Assembly (NCBI GenBank): GCA_032128115.1 | Contig: JAQBHB010000047.1 | Coordinates: forward strand, 64,001 to 128,000 | Direction of reading: 5' to 3' | Source of the DNA: Deltaproteobacteria bacterium | Lineage (GTDB): Bacteria; Myxococcota_A; UBA9160; SMWR01 | DNA length: 64,000 bases | Shown: one piece after another, positions 27,386-36,508 of the stretch | Numbering within the stretch: position 1 is the first letter of the stretch | Layout of the letters: every line of letters begins with the position of its first letter | Translations under genes and position numbers: made by a program | The notes under the pieces: model-generated | Databases searched by the model: none | Told to the model about the DNA's origin: nothing | Seen by the model: the letters and a program-made list of their open reading frames with translations, nothing else

Positions 27386-28369
27386 GTGCCTGAGCGAACG
27401 CACGGAACCGGTAGCGATCGGAACCTACAGGCGGCCCGCGAACGCCTTCCCGGTGTGGCAGTGGCACTGGCAGTGGCGCTGGGGCTGCTCGCCGGCGCGC
27501 CCGCGGCGGAGGCGATCGACTGGAGCTCCGTTCCGACCCAGGAGATCATTCTCCTGTACCCGGGGCAGTCTTCGTGGGAGTGGAATCTCACGGAGTCGAG
27601 CCACAGCGGGGGCCCGAAGGTCCGCCAGGGCAAGCGCTGCTACGCCTGCCACGAGGGCGAAGAGGCGAAGATCGGAAGCGTAATCGTGTCGGGCGAGAAG
27701 CTCGAGCCCGAGCCCGTGAACCGTCCCGCCACGATCCCGCTCTCCCTGCAGGCCGCCAACGACGGCCAGCGGCTCTACCTGAGAATGCAGTGGCCCGAGC
27801 CGCGACCCGCGGCCGGGAAGAAGACCCTCGTCACGGTCATGTTCGACGACGGAAAGCTCAAGAGCGCCGCCGTGGGCGGATGCTGGAGCACCTGCCACGA
27901 CGACGTGCGTGGGATGCCGAGCGCCTCGAAGGGGTCGGAGATGACGAAATACCTGACGTCTTCGCGATCCCGCGCGGGTCGCACGGGCGGCGGCGAGAAC
28001 TACAAGAGCCCGGCCGAGCTTGCCCAGGAGATCGAGGCCGGAAAATTCATGGAGTACTGGCAGGCGGAGCTGGAGGTGGGCGAGGATGCGACCGCCGGCG
28101 ACGGAATCGTCCTGAAGGAGCGGCTGGCGAACGATTCGCCCGGCGTCCAGGCCACCGCATCGAGGGCGGGAGACGACTGGGTCGTGACCCTGAGCCGCGC
28201 CTTGCAGGCGCCCTCGAAGCACTCCAAGCAGATCGCTCCCGGCCAGACGTATACGGTGGGCATCGCCGTTCACCCGGCGGGAACGGAGCACCGGTTCCAC
28301 CACGTCTCGTTCGAGCGAACGCTGCTGCTCGATGAGGGCGACGCCGATCTCGTGGCGGTGAAGCGATGA
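27386..28369 (+). CDS. NirB/cytochrome c552-like periplasmic diheme cytochrome (ethylbenzene dehydrogenase gamma-type heme domain)
   Basis: Signal peptide; IDWSSVP..LLYPGQSSWEW; CYACH and atypical CWSTCH (CX3CH); RFHHVSF. Confidence 0.78.
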   Translation: MPERTHGTGSDRNLQAARERLPGVAVALAVALGLLAGAPAAEAIDWSSVPTQEIILLYPGQSSWEWNLTESSHSGGPKVRQGKRCYACHEGEEAKIGSVIVSGEKLEPEPVNRPATIPLSLQAANDGQRLYLRMQWPEPRPAAGKKTLVTVMFDDGKLKSAAVGGCWSTCHDDVRGMPSASKGSEMTKYLTSSRSRAGRTGGGENYKSPAELAQEIEAGKFMEYWQAELEVGEDATAGDGIVLKERLANDSPGVQATASRAGDDWVVTLSRALQAPSKHSKQIAPGQTYTVGIAVHPAGTEHRFHHVSFERTLLLDEGDADLVAVKR

Positions 28370-29403
28370 GGAGCCTCGCCGCCAGCGTGGCGATCGCGCT
28401 GTGCCTGGCCGTCTGGGCAGTGACCGGCGACGTCGTTGCCGATGAGGTCGTCGGCGATGAGATCGTCGCCGATGAGATCGTCGAGCGGGACCGTGTGATC
28501 CTCTCGAGCGCTCCGGAGTCCGCGGGCGAGTACGCGACCGGGGGCATGGACGCCTGCCTCAAGTGCCACGACGAGACCGAGAAACACCCGATTCTCTCGA
28601 TCCTGGCGACGCCTCATGGCGTGATGGCGGACGAACGGGCGCCGCTCTCGCGCGAGCACGCCTGCCAGACCTGTCACGGTGCCAGCGCAGAGCACATGAA
28701 GGAGCGCGACGAGGGCGAGCCGCGCCCGCCGGTCAGCATCCGGTTCGGACCCGATACACCTTCCGACCTCCAGAACCAGGTGTGCCTCACGTGTCACGAA
28801 GGCAACAGCCGGATGAACTGGACGGGCAGTCCACACGATCTCCAGAACGTCACCTGCGCGAGCTGTCACACGGTTCACTCGAAGGAGGATCCCGTTCTCG
28901 TCAAGAACATCGATCCCATGGTGTTCCTGCGAGAGGGTCAGGCGCAGGTCTGCTTCACGTGCCACCAGCAGCAGCGGGCGCAGATCCAGCAACGGGTGTC
29001 GTCGCACCCGCTCCGCGAGGGCAAGATGGAGTGCTCCAGCTGCCACAATCCGCACGGATCGGTGGGTCCCGAACTCCTCGTCAAGTCCACGCTGAACGAG
29101 ACCTGTTACCAGTGCCACGCAGAGAAGCGGGGGCCCTTCCTGTGGGAGCACGCCCCGGTTCGCGAGGACTGCAGCGTCTGCCATACACCGCACGGCTCGA
29201 ACCACCCCGCGCTGCTCAAGACCCGGGTGCCGCAGCTCTGCCAGCAATGCCACATGGCGGCCTTCCATCCGAGCACCGCATATCCGGGGCCCGACTTTGC
29301 GGGGCCCGCCCTGGACTATCACTCACTCGATAAGGGCTGTCTGAACTGCCACTCGGAGGTGCATGGCTCGAACCATCCCTCCGGCGTGCGGTGGACGCGG
29401 TAG
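28366..29403 (+). CDS. mtrA: DmsE/MtrA/MtoA family decaheme c-type cytochrome
   Basis: Ten CxxCH motifs; CHAEKRGPFLWEHAPV and CHSEVHGSNHPSG signatures. Confidence 0.95.
   Translation: MRSLAASVAIALCLAVWAVTGDVVADEVVGDEIVADEIVERDRVILSSAPESAGEYATGGMDACLKCHDETEKHPILSILATPHGVMADERAPLSREHACQTCHGASAEHMKERDEGEPRPPVSIRFGPDTPSDLQNQVCLTCHEGNSRMNWTGSPHDLQNVTCASCHTVHSKEDPVLVKNIDPMVFLREGQAQVCFTCHQQQRAQIQQRVSSHPLREGKMECSSCHNPHGSVGPELLVKSTLNETCYQCHAEKRGPFLWEHAPVREDCSVCHTPHGSNHPALLKTRVPQLCQQCHMAAFHPSTAYPGPDFAGPALDYHSLDKGCLNCHSEVHGSNHPSGVRWTR
28432..28483 (+). repeat. 15-bp tandem repeat (about 3.5 copies) encoding (V/I)V(A/G)DE at the MtrA N-terminus
   Basis: gtcgttgccgatgag gtcgtcggcgatgag atcgtcgccgatgag atcgtcg. 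Confidence 0.8.
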
Positions 29404-29439
29404 CTGGCCATGCATTCCCAGCCGATCGGAGGCGAGACG

Positions 29440-31887
29440 ATGCCGCGATCCGGAACCAGACGATGGATGGGCGAACTCGCCTGGATCCTGCTCCTGGTGC
29501 TCGCCCTCTCGGGTGTCGCCCTCGCCCAGGACGAAGGATTCGACCTGGAGGAGGAGGGCGGCTTCGAGATCGAAGACACCGCCAAGGGAAACCAGCAGGC
29601 CTACAAGGAGGTCACGAATCTCGAGAGCGAGATCGAGCTGGGATTCTTCTACAACAGTTCGGACGACCAGCTGTTCGGGAACTACAACGGCTTCCTCGAC
29701 GACCGCTTCTACGCGCTCGGAAACGTCGACATCTGGCGGCGGAACCTCCACGACTGGGGCGACGATTACTCCGTGCGGCTGCGAGGTCAGAACCTGGGCC
29801 TCGATTCTCGCTGGGCCGGCGCCGAATTCGGACGGCAGGGTCGCTATGGGGTGTTCTTCGAATACGATCAGCTTCCGGTGTTCCGCTCGGAGACGACCGA
29901 GAGCTTCTTCCTGGGGCTCGGAACCCCGAGCCTGACGCTGCCCATGCCGTGGACTCCCGGCAACAACGGCACGCAGATGACGGACCTGGACGCAAACCTG
30001 CGATCCTACGACGTCGAATCGCAGCGAAAACGCTGGTCGGGCGGCGGATCCCTGGAATTCACGGAAGAGTTCGGCCTCGACGTCCGCTACGACTACGAGA
30101 CCAAGAAGGGCAACAAGCTCTCGGCGGCGATGATGGGCCTTAGCGGGGGAAACCCGCGCTCGGTCGTCGTTCCCCAGCCGCTCGACTACCGGACGCAGCA
30201 ACTCGACGCGATGTTCCGCTACGTCGGCGACGACGCCCAGTTCTCGTTGGGCTACTACGGCTCCGGCTTCGACAACGGAAACAACTTCTTCGAGTGGGAG
30301 AATCCGTACCTGCCCCAGGCCACGTGGAACCCCACCGCCGGCTACAACTGCACCGCCGACGGCTCGCCCTTCCCGGGCCTCGAGCCCGCGGGCTGCGGCA
30401 TGGGGCGCAAGGCGACGGCGCCGGACAACTGGTTCCACCAGATCCTGGCGTCGGGCGGATACGATCTGCCCCACCGCAGCCGTGTCACGCTCAGCACCGC
30501 CTTCGGCTGGATGCTCCAGGACGACGACTTCCAGCCCTATAGCGTGAATTCGGCCCTGACGGCGACGACCCAGGCAGGGGCCCCCACCGACGGCACGGAT
30601 CTCGCTGCGCTGCCGCGGCTTTCACTCGACGGCGAGATCTTCACGACCGTGCTGGATTTCCGGGTTGCCTCGAAGCCGATCGACAAATTGAACCTGGACC
30701 TGGGCTACCGCTTCGACAATCGCGACAACAACACGCCCCAGGATCTCTACGTCCGCATCCGCGCCGACTCCGAGGATCAGAATCCGGCGGATCCGGCTGT
30801 CGTCGCCAACGATCAGGCCCGGTTCAATCTGCCCTACAGCTACCGGCAGCACAAAGTCGACGCCGATGCGGGATATCGCATCTGGCGCCGCACGGACCTG
30901 ACGCTCGGCTACGAATGGAAGATGACCGAACGCGACCACCAGGAAGTGGAGAAGCTGCAGGAGAACACGATCGGGGCCATCCTGACGAGCCAGCCCACCT
31001 CCTTCTTCGGCACGCGCATGAGCTACGGACACTCCTGGCGCAACGGCAACGACTACGTGGGGAATCGCCCCTTCGTCGAAGGCAATACGCCGCTCGTGAT
31101 TGCGGGCGACGCGGCATCCTGCCTGGGGTCCGGCCTGATTCCGGCCGATGAATGCCCCTTCGAAAACCACCCGCTGCTGCGGAAGTCCTACCTGGCGAAT
31201 CGGGAACGCGACGAGTTCAAGTTCTCGTTCTCGATCGTGCCTCGCGAAGACACGACGCTCGCCTTGTATGTGAACTACATGGACGAAGACTACGAGGATT
31301 CCGAGGTCGGCGTCACGAACGTGCGAAACTGGGGCCCCGGGATCGACCTCTCCTATACACCGTGTGAACGCCTGTCGACCCACACCTTCTACAGCTACCA
31401 GGATTTCAGGACCATGCAGAACGGCTGGTCGTTTACGGGGACGGGAGCGATGTTCACGCAAGTGACCGACCCGGACCGGCGCTGGAGCAGCACGGACCAG
31501 GATCGCACCCACACGGTCGGAGTCGGCTTCGATCTGGGAATCCTGCCGGGCCGACTCGACTTCGGCGCGGACTACCTGTTCGCCCGGAGCAACGGACAGA
31601 TCGATCTCACGGTGGGCCCGGCCCTGACGGCCGGGGCCCCGTATCCGGATTCGACCAGCACGCAGCACAATGCGAGCGTGTACGCCACGTACCAGTTCAC
31701 CGAGAACATCTCCATGCGGATCGGCTACCTGTTCGCGTACTTCAAGCAGAGCGACTGGGCCGTCGACGGCCTGGACCCGGACTCGCTCTCGTGCAGCACC
31801 AACGCCTGCGTGATCGGCTCCGGCCGCGACTCCGAGGGCTATACGGCCAACGTCGTGAGCTGGTCGCTGACCTACCGCTTCTGGTAG
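29440..31887 (+). CDS. mtrB: MtrB/PioB family decaheme-associated outer-membrane beta-barrel
   Basis: FGNYNG, NLGLDSR, PQPLDYRT, APDNWFHQ, LRKSYLANRERD, C-terminal YRFW; directly follows mtrA; GGAGG RBS before ATG at 29440 (alternative 29410). Confidence 0.93.
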   Translation: MPRSGTRRWMGELAWILLLVLALSGVALAQDEGFDLEEEGGFEIEDTAKGNQQAYKEVTNLESEIELGFFYNSSDDQLFGNYNGFLDDRFYALGNVDIWRRNLHDWGDDYSVRLRGQNLGLDSRWAGAEFGRQGRYGVFFEYDQLPVFRSETTESFFLGLGTPSLTLPMPWTPGNNGTQMTDLDANLRSYDVESQRKRWSGGGSLEFTEEFGLDVRYDYETKKGNKLSAAMMGLSGGNPRSVVVPQPLDYRTQQLDAMFRYVGDDAQFSLGYYGSGFDNGNNFFEWENPYLPQATWNPTAGYNCTADGSPFPGLEPAGCGMGRKATAPDNWFHQILASGGYDLPHRSRVTLSTAFGWMLQDDDFQPYSVNSALTATTQAGAPTDGTDLAALPRLSLDGEIFTTVLDFRVASKPIDKLNLDLGYRFDNRDNNTPQDLYVRIRADSEDQNPADPAVVANDQARFNLPYSYRQHKVDADAGYRIWRRTDLTLGYEWKMTERDHQEVEKLQENTIGAILTSQPTSFFGTRMSYGHSWRNGNDYVGNRPFVEGNTPLVIAGDAASCLGSGLIPADECPFENHPLLRKSYLANRERDEFKFSFSIVPREDTTLALYVNYMDEDYEDSEVGVTNVRNWGPGIDLSYTPCERLSTHTFYSYQDFRTMQNGWSFTGTGAMFTQVTDPDRRWSSTDQDRTHTVGVGFDLGILPGRLDFGADYLFARSNGQIDLTVGPALTAGAPYPDSTSTQHNASVYATYQFTENISMRIGYLFAYFKQSDWAVDGLDPDSLSCSTNACVIGSGRDSEGYTANVVSWSLTYRFW

Positions 31888-31929
31888 CGGCTTCGGATGG
31901 TGACGGTCATCCGGCGCCGCGTCGGGACG

Positions 31930-32970
31930 CTATCGGCCCGGTAGAACCTCCAGGATGTGCCGGAGCCGATCGCCGTTGCTGTATCCGCTGCGCTGACAGC
32001 GTTCGAGGCCCGCGGCGGCGATCCGCTGGCGTTCGGCTGCGTGTTCCAGGTAGTAGCGGCACTTCTCCAGCAACTCGTCGAAGCCGGCGAAGAACGCCGC
32101 CTCGACGCCCTCCTCGAAGAGGGTCTCGTGTTCATCGGTGCGCTCGGCCAGCATGAAGGCGCCACATGCGGGAATTTCGATGCTTCGGGTGGTCTGCCGA
32201 TCCCGGGCCCCCTTGCGCAGGAAGCCCAGGTTGATCCGCGTTGCGTTGATCGCAACCGGGTACTCGTCGTCTCCCAGGGTTTCGTGGAGGATCGTGAGCT
32301 TCGGATGGCGCTCCCGGAAGCGACGCCAGCCGACCCCGCGGATGCTGACGGGTACGCCGGCTCGCGCGAGCCGCAACATGTGCCTGGCGCGGTCATTTTC
32401 GTAGGTTCCGACGAACCCCACGTCACAGCCGAAGCGGTCGAGGTCGGCCTGCGCAAGCACGAGGGGGCGATGAACGTTCGGGTCGTACGCGTTGCCCACG
32501 AAGAGGATCCGCCGGACCCCCTGCGCCCGCAGGTCGTCTGCAATGTAGGACTTCGTGGTCACCACCAGATCGTAGAGGCCCAGTGCCGCGCGGTAGCGGA
32601 CGGAGCTGTGATAGGGCCGCGTCATGTCGTCGGGGCTGTAGGAGAGCATCCGCATCTTGGGAGCCCGTTCTCGCACCGCGCGCAGCACGTCCGGCCGCAG
32701 CGACCGCCCCTTGTCGACCCACAGGACATCGAAGCTCTCGCGATCGAGGGTCTCCTGCAGGGCGCGGTGCGATCCAACCAGATCCGGGGGGCGGGAGAGG
32801 TGGTGACCCACACGGTAGAGCTGGCGGAGAAGCCAAGATCGCGGAGGCCCGCATTCGATGAAGGTGATTCGGTGGCCCAGATCCTCGAGGGCCCGCCCCC
32901 GCTGCTGGCAAGTCCCTGCTTTTTCCCCGACGTAGAGGATCGACAAGGTTCCGCTCGGGTTGCGATTCAC
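31930..32970 (-). CDS. CgeB-like glycosyltransferase
   Basis: YSPDD, DVGFVGTYE..R, INLGFLRK..RD..TTRSIEIPACGAFMLAERTDEH. Confidence 0.88.
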   Translation of the reverse strand: MNRNPSGTLSILYVGEKAGTCQQRGRALEDLGHRITFIECGPPRSWLLRQLYRVGHHLSRPPDLVGSHRALQETLDRESFDVLWVDKGRSLRPDVLRAVRERAPKMRMLSYSPDDMTRPYHSSVRYRAALGLYDLVVTTKSYIADDLRAQGVRRILFVGNAYDPNVHRPLVLAQADLDRFGCDVGFVGTYENDRARHMLRLARAGVPVSIRGVGWRRFRERHPKLTILHETLGDDEYPVAINATRINLGFLRKGARDRQTTRSIEIPACGAFMLAERTDEHETLFEEGVEAAFFAGFDELLEKCRYYLEHAAERQRIAAAGLERCQRSGYSNGDRLRHILEVLPGR

Positions 32971-33134
32971 GGCTTGAGCACCGGCAGGTCGGCGCCCGCC
33001 TCGGACACCTGGTGTGCAAGAGCCGCGGCACAGCGATCCTCCGGGATCACCAGGCGCCCCTCGGCCCCGAGCGGCTCGCGGCGGACGTACTCCCCCTTTT
33101 CGCTGCCCCGGGTGATCGCTTCTAAATCCGCCAC
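32967..33134 (-). CDS. Possible 55-aa ORF or gene remnant
   Basis: GTG after an AGGAAG RBS-like site; stop overlaps the start of the downstream GT; no recognised motif. Confidence 0.25.
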   Translation of the reverse strand: MADLEAITRGSEKGEYVRREPLGAEGRLVIPEDRCAAALAHQVSEAGADLPVLKP

Positions 33135-33154
33135 GCTTCCTGCCGTCCGTCCCT

Positions 33155-33865
33155 TCAGCCGTTCAGAACCTTCTTGCGAGCCGCGCTCAGGACGGGCGTC
33201 CGCAGGCTCGATCCCTTCGCGAGCCTGCGCAGCTCGTTGGGCGAGATGTGACCGAGCATCCGGATCGCCAGCGGCACCGGCGTCTTCGGATTGCACACCA
33301 GGGCCAGCGCGATCTCCGGTCGCCCGGACCACTCCGAACGGTCGGCGATGGCCTTGAGGAGATCCGGCGACACACTGGTCATCTTGGCAAATGCCGTCAC
33401 CTCGTCGAGCTGGATCCCGGGGTTCTGGAGCACGTATCGGTGGAGCGCGCGGTTGGCGCTGCGAACGATTCGCGTGCGCTCGTCCCGGTTGCCGTGAAGC
33501 GCCGTCTGGATGCGCTCGGCCGAGGTCTCCGCCTGGGGGTGCGCCACGTCTTCATCGCTCGCGATCGAATGCACGGCGGCCCGTGCCGGCTCGCCCCCGG
33601 CGGCGCGGGCCAACTCCAGCAGCCTCGCCAGGGCCGGATCGTCCGGCGCGAACCCGATCGCCACCCCGATTGCCGGGAGCGTCTGCACGACCTGTCCCTC
33701 CAGCACCACACGGCCGTCGCAGGTCACGATCTCGAGTTCGGCGGGTGCGTACAGCTCGGCCTCATCCGGGGGTTCGACGCGAACGAGGAACCCGCCCTGG
33801 CCGAACTGCTGCTCGGCATCCACGACCAGGTCGGCCAGACACTCGTACTGGACGCGAAAGCGCAT
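33155..33865 (-). CDS. Protein with a PilZ-like N-terminal beta domain and C-terminal helical (LRV/HEAT-like) repeats
   Basis: GQGGFLV..LEGQVVQ...GVAIGF, then VLQNPGIQLDEV and ALVCNPKTP repeats. Confidence 0.7.
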   Translation of the reverse strand: MRFRVQYECLADLVVDAEQQFGQGGFLVRVEPPDEAELYAPAELEIVTCDGRVVLEGQVVQTLPAIGVAIGFAPDDPALARLLELARAAGGEPARAAVHSIASDEDVAHPQAETSAERIQTALHGNRDERTRIVRSANRALHRYVLQNPGIQLDEVTAFAKMTSVSPDLLKAIADRSEWSGRPEIALALVCNPKTPVPLAIRMLGHISPNELRRLAKGSSLRTPVLSAARKKVLNG

Positions 33866-33869
33866 GCCC

Positions 33870-33910
33870 CCCCTATTGCTCGATCTCGCCGCCCCTATCG
33901 CTCGATCTCG
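33870..33910 (+). repeat. 19-bp direct repeat (period 22, 1 mismatch) duplicating the end of ORF 33895..34173
   Basis: 33870-33888 cccctattgctcgatctcg vs 33892-33910 cccctatcgctcgatctcg. Confidence 0.8.
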
Positions 33911-34173
33911 GTCTGGATGGCGAGCATCAGCCACAACGGGGTCACCCAGTGGCCAGTGGCCTTCACGTGACGCCACTGTATCAGGAGCAGCTGCGCGGAA
34001 AGGAGGAACCTGAACGCACTCGAGCAGGTTCCGAGGCTCGCCTCCTCGTCCAGGTCGAAATCGAAGAGAGCCTCGGGGATCCCCTCGAACAGGCCCGTTT
34101 GCGACGTTTTCACGGGCCGGGGCGTTTTGCCGCAGATGTCGAGCCGATTGCGTTGCGCCTCGCGTCGGATCAT
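33895..34173 (-). CDS. Hypothetical 92-aa ORF or gene remnant
   Basis: Fills an intergenic gap; hydrophobic C-terminus; 3' end duplicated; no recognised family. Confidence 0.3.
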   Translation of the reverse strand: MIRREAQRNRLDICGKTPRPVKTSQTGLFEGIPEALFDFDLDEEASLGTCSSAFRFLLSAQLLLIQWRHVKATGHWVTPLWLMLAIQTEIER

Positions 34174-34191
34174 CCGGTGTAGATTCGGCTC

Positions 34192-36456
34192 GTGAGCCGA
34201 CGCGCCCTCAGAGTGGGAACCCAGGCTGCCGTCGCGCTGGGGGGTGTTGCGGCCCTTTCCTGGGAAATCCTGTGGCAGCTGGAGATCTCCCTGTCGCTGG
34301 GGATCTCGGCCCTGGGAACGGCGCTCACGCTGGCCGCCACCATGGGCGGCATGACGGTCGGGTCGCTGGCCATGGGCCGCTTTCTGCGGGGGCGCCGTGG
34401 CATTCGGCCCCTGCCGGTCTACGGCGCCCTGGAGGCGGTGATCGGGGTCTCGGGGCTGGCCCTGGTGCCTGGCTTTGCGTGGGTCGAGCGGATCGACGCC
34501 AGCGTCTATGCGCTGTCGCCGACCCTAGCGCCCATGGTCCATGTGCTGGCGATCGTCCTGTTGCTGGGGCCGCCCACCCTGGCCATGGGGGCCACGGTTC
34601 CCACGTTCGCGCTGTTGGGGCGCCACACCGGCTCGTCGGTGGCGCGGTTGTACGGCATCAACACGGCGGGTGCCGCCGTGGGCGTGCTGCTTCTCTCTTT
34701 CGTGATCATGCCCAGACTGGGCGTTACCGGTGCCTGCCTGGCCGTTGCGAGCGTCAACGCGCTGGTGTGGGCTGCGATGGGGCTTCTCCAGCGGGCTTCG
34801 CGCGCGGCGCTCGAAGACGGCGCCGCCCCGATCCCCGCCATGCAAGCGGAGACGGAAGCGCGCTGCCTGCATCCCGATCTCGCCGCCCAGCTCGTGGTCT
34901 TCTGCACCGGCTTCGTGACGTTCGCCCTGGAAGTGGCCTGGTTCCGCTCGCTCCGGGCCGCTTTCCAGGGCACCACCGAGGCCTTCGCGATCATCCTGGC
35001 CTCGGTCCTGATCCCCCTGGCCGTCGCCGCGCGCCTCGTGCCCCGGCTCCGGCGCCACGGTGTTGCGCCGCGCCTGCCGCTGGCGCTGGCCGGAGTTGCG
35101 ATCCTGCTGGCTACACCGCTCGTCGAACGCATGGATCTGATGATCGCCGTGCCCTGGACCTACTGGCCCATGATCGGCCTATGGCTGCTGCTTTCGCTGA
35201 TGATCCTGGGACCGGCCATCCTGTTCCTGGGCATGCCGCTGCCCTGGTACCTGGAGGAGTTCCCGGAGCCTGGCGCAACCGGACGCCTCTACGCGCTCAA
35301 CACGCTGGGCGCGATCGGGGGCTCACTGGTGGCGGCGTGGCTGCTGCTGCCGTTGCTGGGATTCGCGCGCTGTGCCTGGCTGCTGGGAGCTGGCTGCGCG
35401 GCGCTTGCACTGGTGGCGCGCGGGCGTCTGGGCGCCCCGAAAATTCTCGCCGCGGGAGCGGTGGCCCTCGCCGTCGCGGTCGTCTTCACCTCCAGCCTCG
35501 GCCGCGATCGCGTCCAGAGCCCGAACGACGTTTCCCACTACCGCATCCTGGCCTTCGACGAGGGCCCCGACTCCACCGTCGCCGTGGTGGAAAGCCCCGC
35601 CGGCGTGCGCGAACTCCTGATCGATGGCTTCACTGCGACGAGCGAACTGCCGGACGTCACGAACTACATGGAGTGGATGGGGCGCTTGCCCATGCTGCTG
35701 CACCCGGACCCGCAGCGCGCCCTGGTGATCTGCTTCGGCACCGGGCAGACCGCCAACGCCGTGCGCCGCGAGCGCGCGGAACATCTGGACGTGGTGGACG
35801 TGGACGGCACCGTCTTCGAGATGGCCCCGTTGTTCCGCTCGAACGAGGGCGTGCTCGATGACCCCAGCGTGAACGCGGTGGTGATGGACGGGCGCGCCTG
35901 GTTGCGCCGCGTGGATACGCTTTACGACGTCGTCACCCTCGAACCCATGCCCCCTTACTTTGCCGGCGTGAACGCCCTCTACTCGCGGGAGTTTTACGAG
36001 ATCGTGGCGAAGCGGCTCGGGCCGGGTGGTGTGGTCGCCCAATGGCTGCCCACCCATCTGCTTCCGCCCTACTTCGCGGCGTCGGTGGCGGCCACCTTCC
36101 AGGCGGTCTTTCCCGATGCGGTGCTGTGGATCGATCCGGGCGCCAGCACGGGCGTGCTGCTGGGGCGCCGGGCGGGCGGTCCGACGCCCCTGATCGATGA
36201 CTGGCCGGGTCTCGATCGACTCATCTCCCGCCCCCTTGGCGCCGAGGCGATCCTTCGCGCCGCGGTGCTCGATGCCCGCGGATTGCGCCGCTACGGAAGC
36301 TTCGGACGGGTGATCACCGACGACAACCAACTCCTGGCCTACGGCCTGGTGCGGCGCGAGCTGCTCGGCGGCGGACACGAAAAGAGCGCCAAGCGCAACC
36401 TGCTCACGATCCGCCGCATCGCCCGCGAAACCCGGCGCCGACCCGCCGCGGCATGA
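34192..36456 (+). CDS. Fused MFS-like membrane domain / spermidine synthase-like SAM-fold protein
   Basis: LMG-like MGATVP, LYGINTAGA and LYALNTLGAIGG repeats; VICFGTGQT, DGRAWL, LYSREFY, ITDDN. Confidence 0.88.
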   Translation: MSRRALRVGTQAAVALGGVAALSWEILWQLEISLSLGISALGTALTLAATMGGMTVGSLAMGRFLRGRRGIRPLPVYGALEAVIGVSGLALVPGFAWVERIDASVYALSPTLAPMVHVLAIVLLLGPPTLAMGATVPTFALLGRHTGSSVARLYGINTAGAAVGVLLLSFVIMPRLGVTGACLAVASVNALVWAAMGLLQRASRAALEDGAAPIPAMQAETEARCLHPDLAAQLVVFCTGFVTFALEVAWFRSLRAAFQGTTEAFAIILASVLIPLAVAARLVPRLRRHGVAPRLPLALAGVAILLATPLVERMDLMIAVPWTYWPMIGLWLLLSLMILGPAILFLGMPLPWYLEEFPEPGATGRLYALNTLGAIGGSLVAAWLLLPLLGFARCAWLLGAGCAALALVARGRLGAPKILAAGAVALAVAVVFTSSLGRDRVQSPNDVSHYRILAFDEGPDSTVAVVESPAGVRELLIDGFTATSELPDVTNYMEWMGRLPMLLHPDPQRALVICFGTGQTANAVRRERAEHLDVVDVDGTVFEMAPLFRSNEGVLDDPSVNAVVMDGRAWLRRVDTLYDVVTLEPMPPYFAGVNALYSREFYEIVAKRLGPGGVVAQWLPTHLLPPYFAASVAATFQAVFPDAVLWIDPGASTGVLLGRRAGGPTPLIDDWPGLDRLISRPLGAEAILRAAVLDARGLRRYGSFGRVITDDNQLLAYGLVRRELLGGGHEKSAKRNLLTIRRIARETRRRPAAA

Positions 36457-36508
36457 GCCGCGAGGCCCCCCCCCGCAGGCGCCGAGCCGGGGCCATTCGA
36501 GCCCGAGC

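Noticed and set aside
27456..27488. gtggca-type hexamer repeats
   Set aside because: Simply encode the hydrophobic signal peptide VAVALAVALGL
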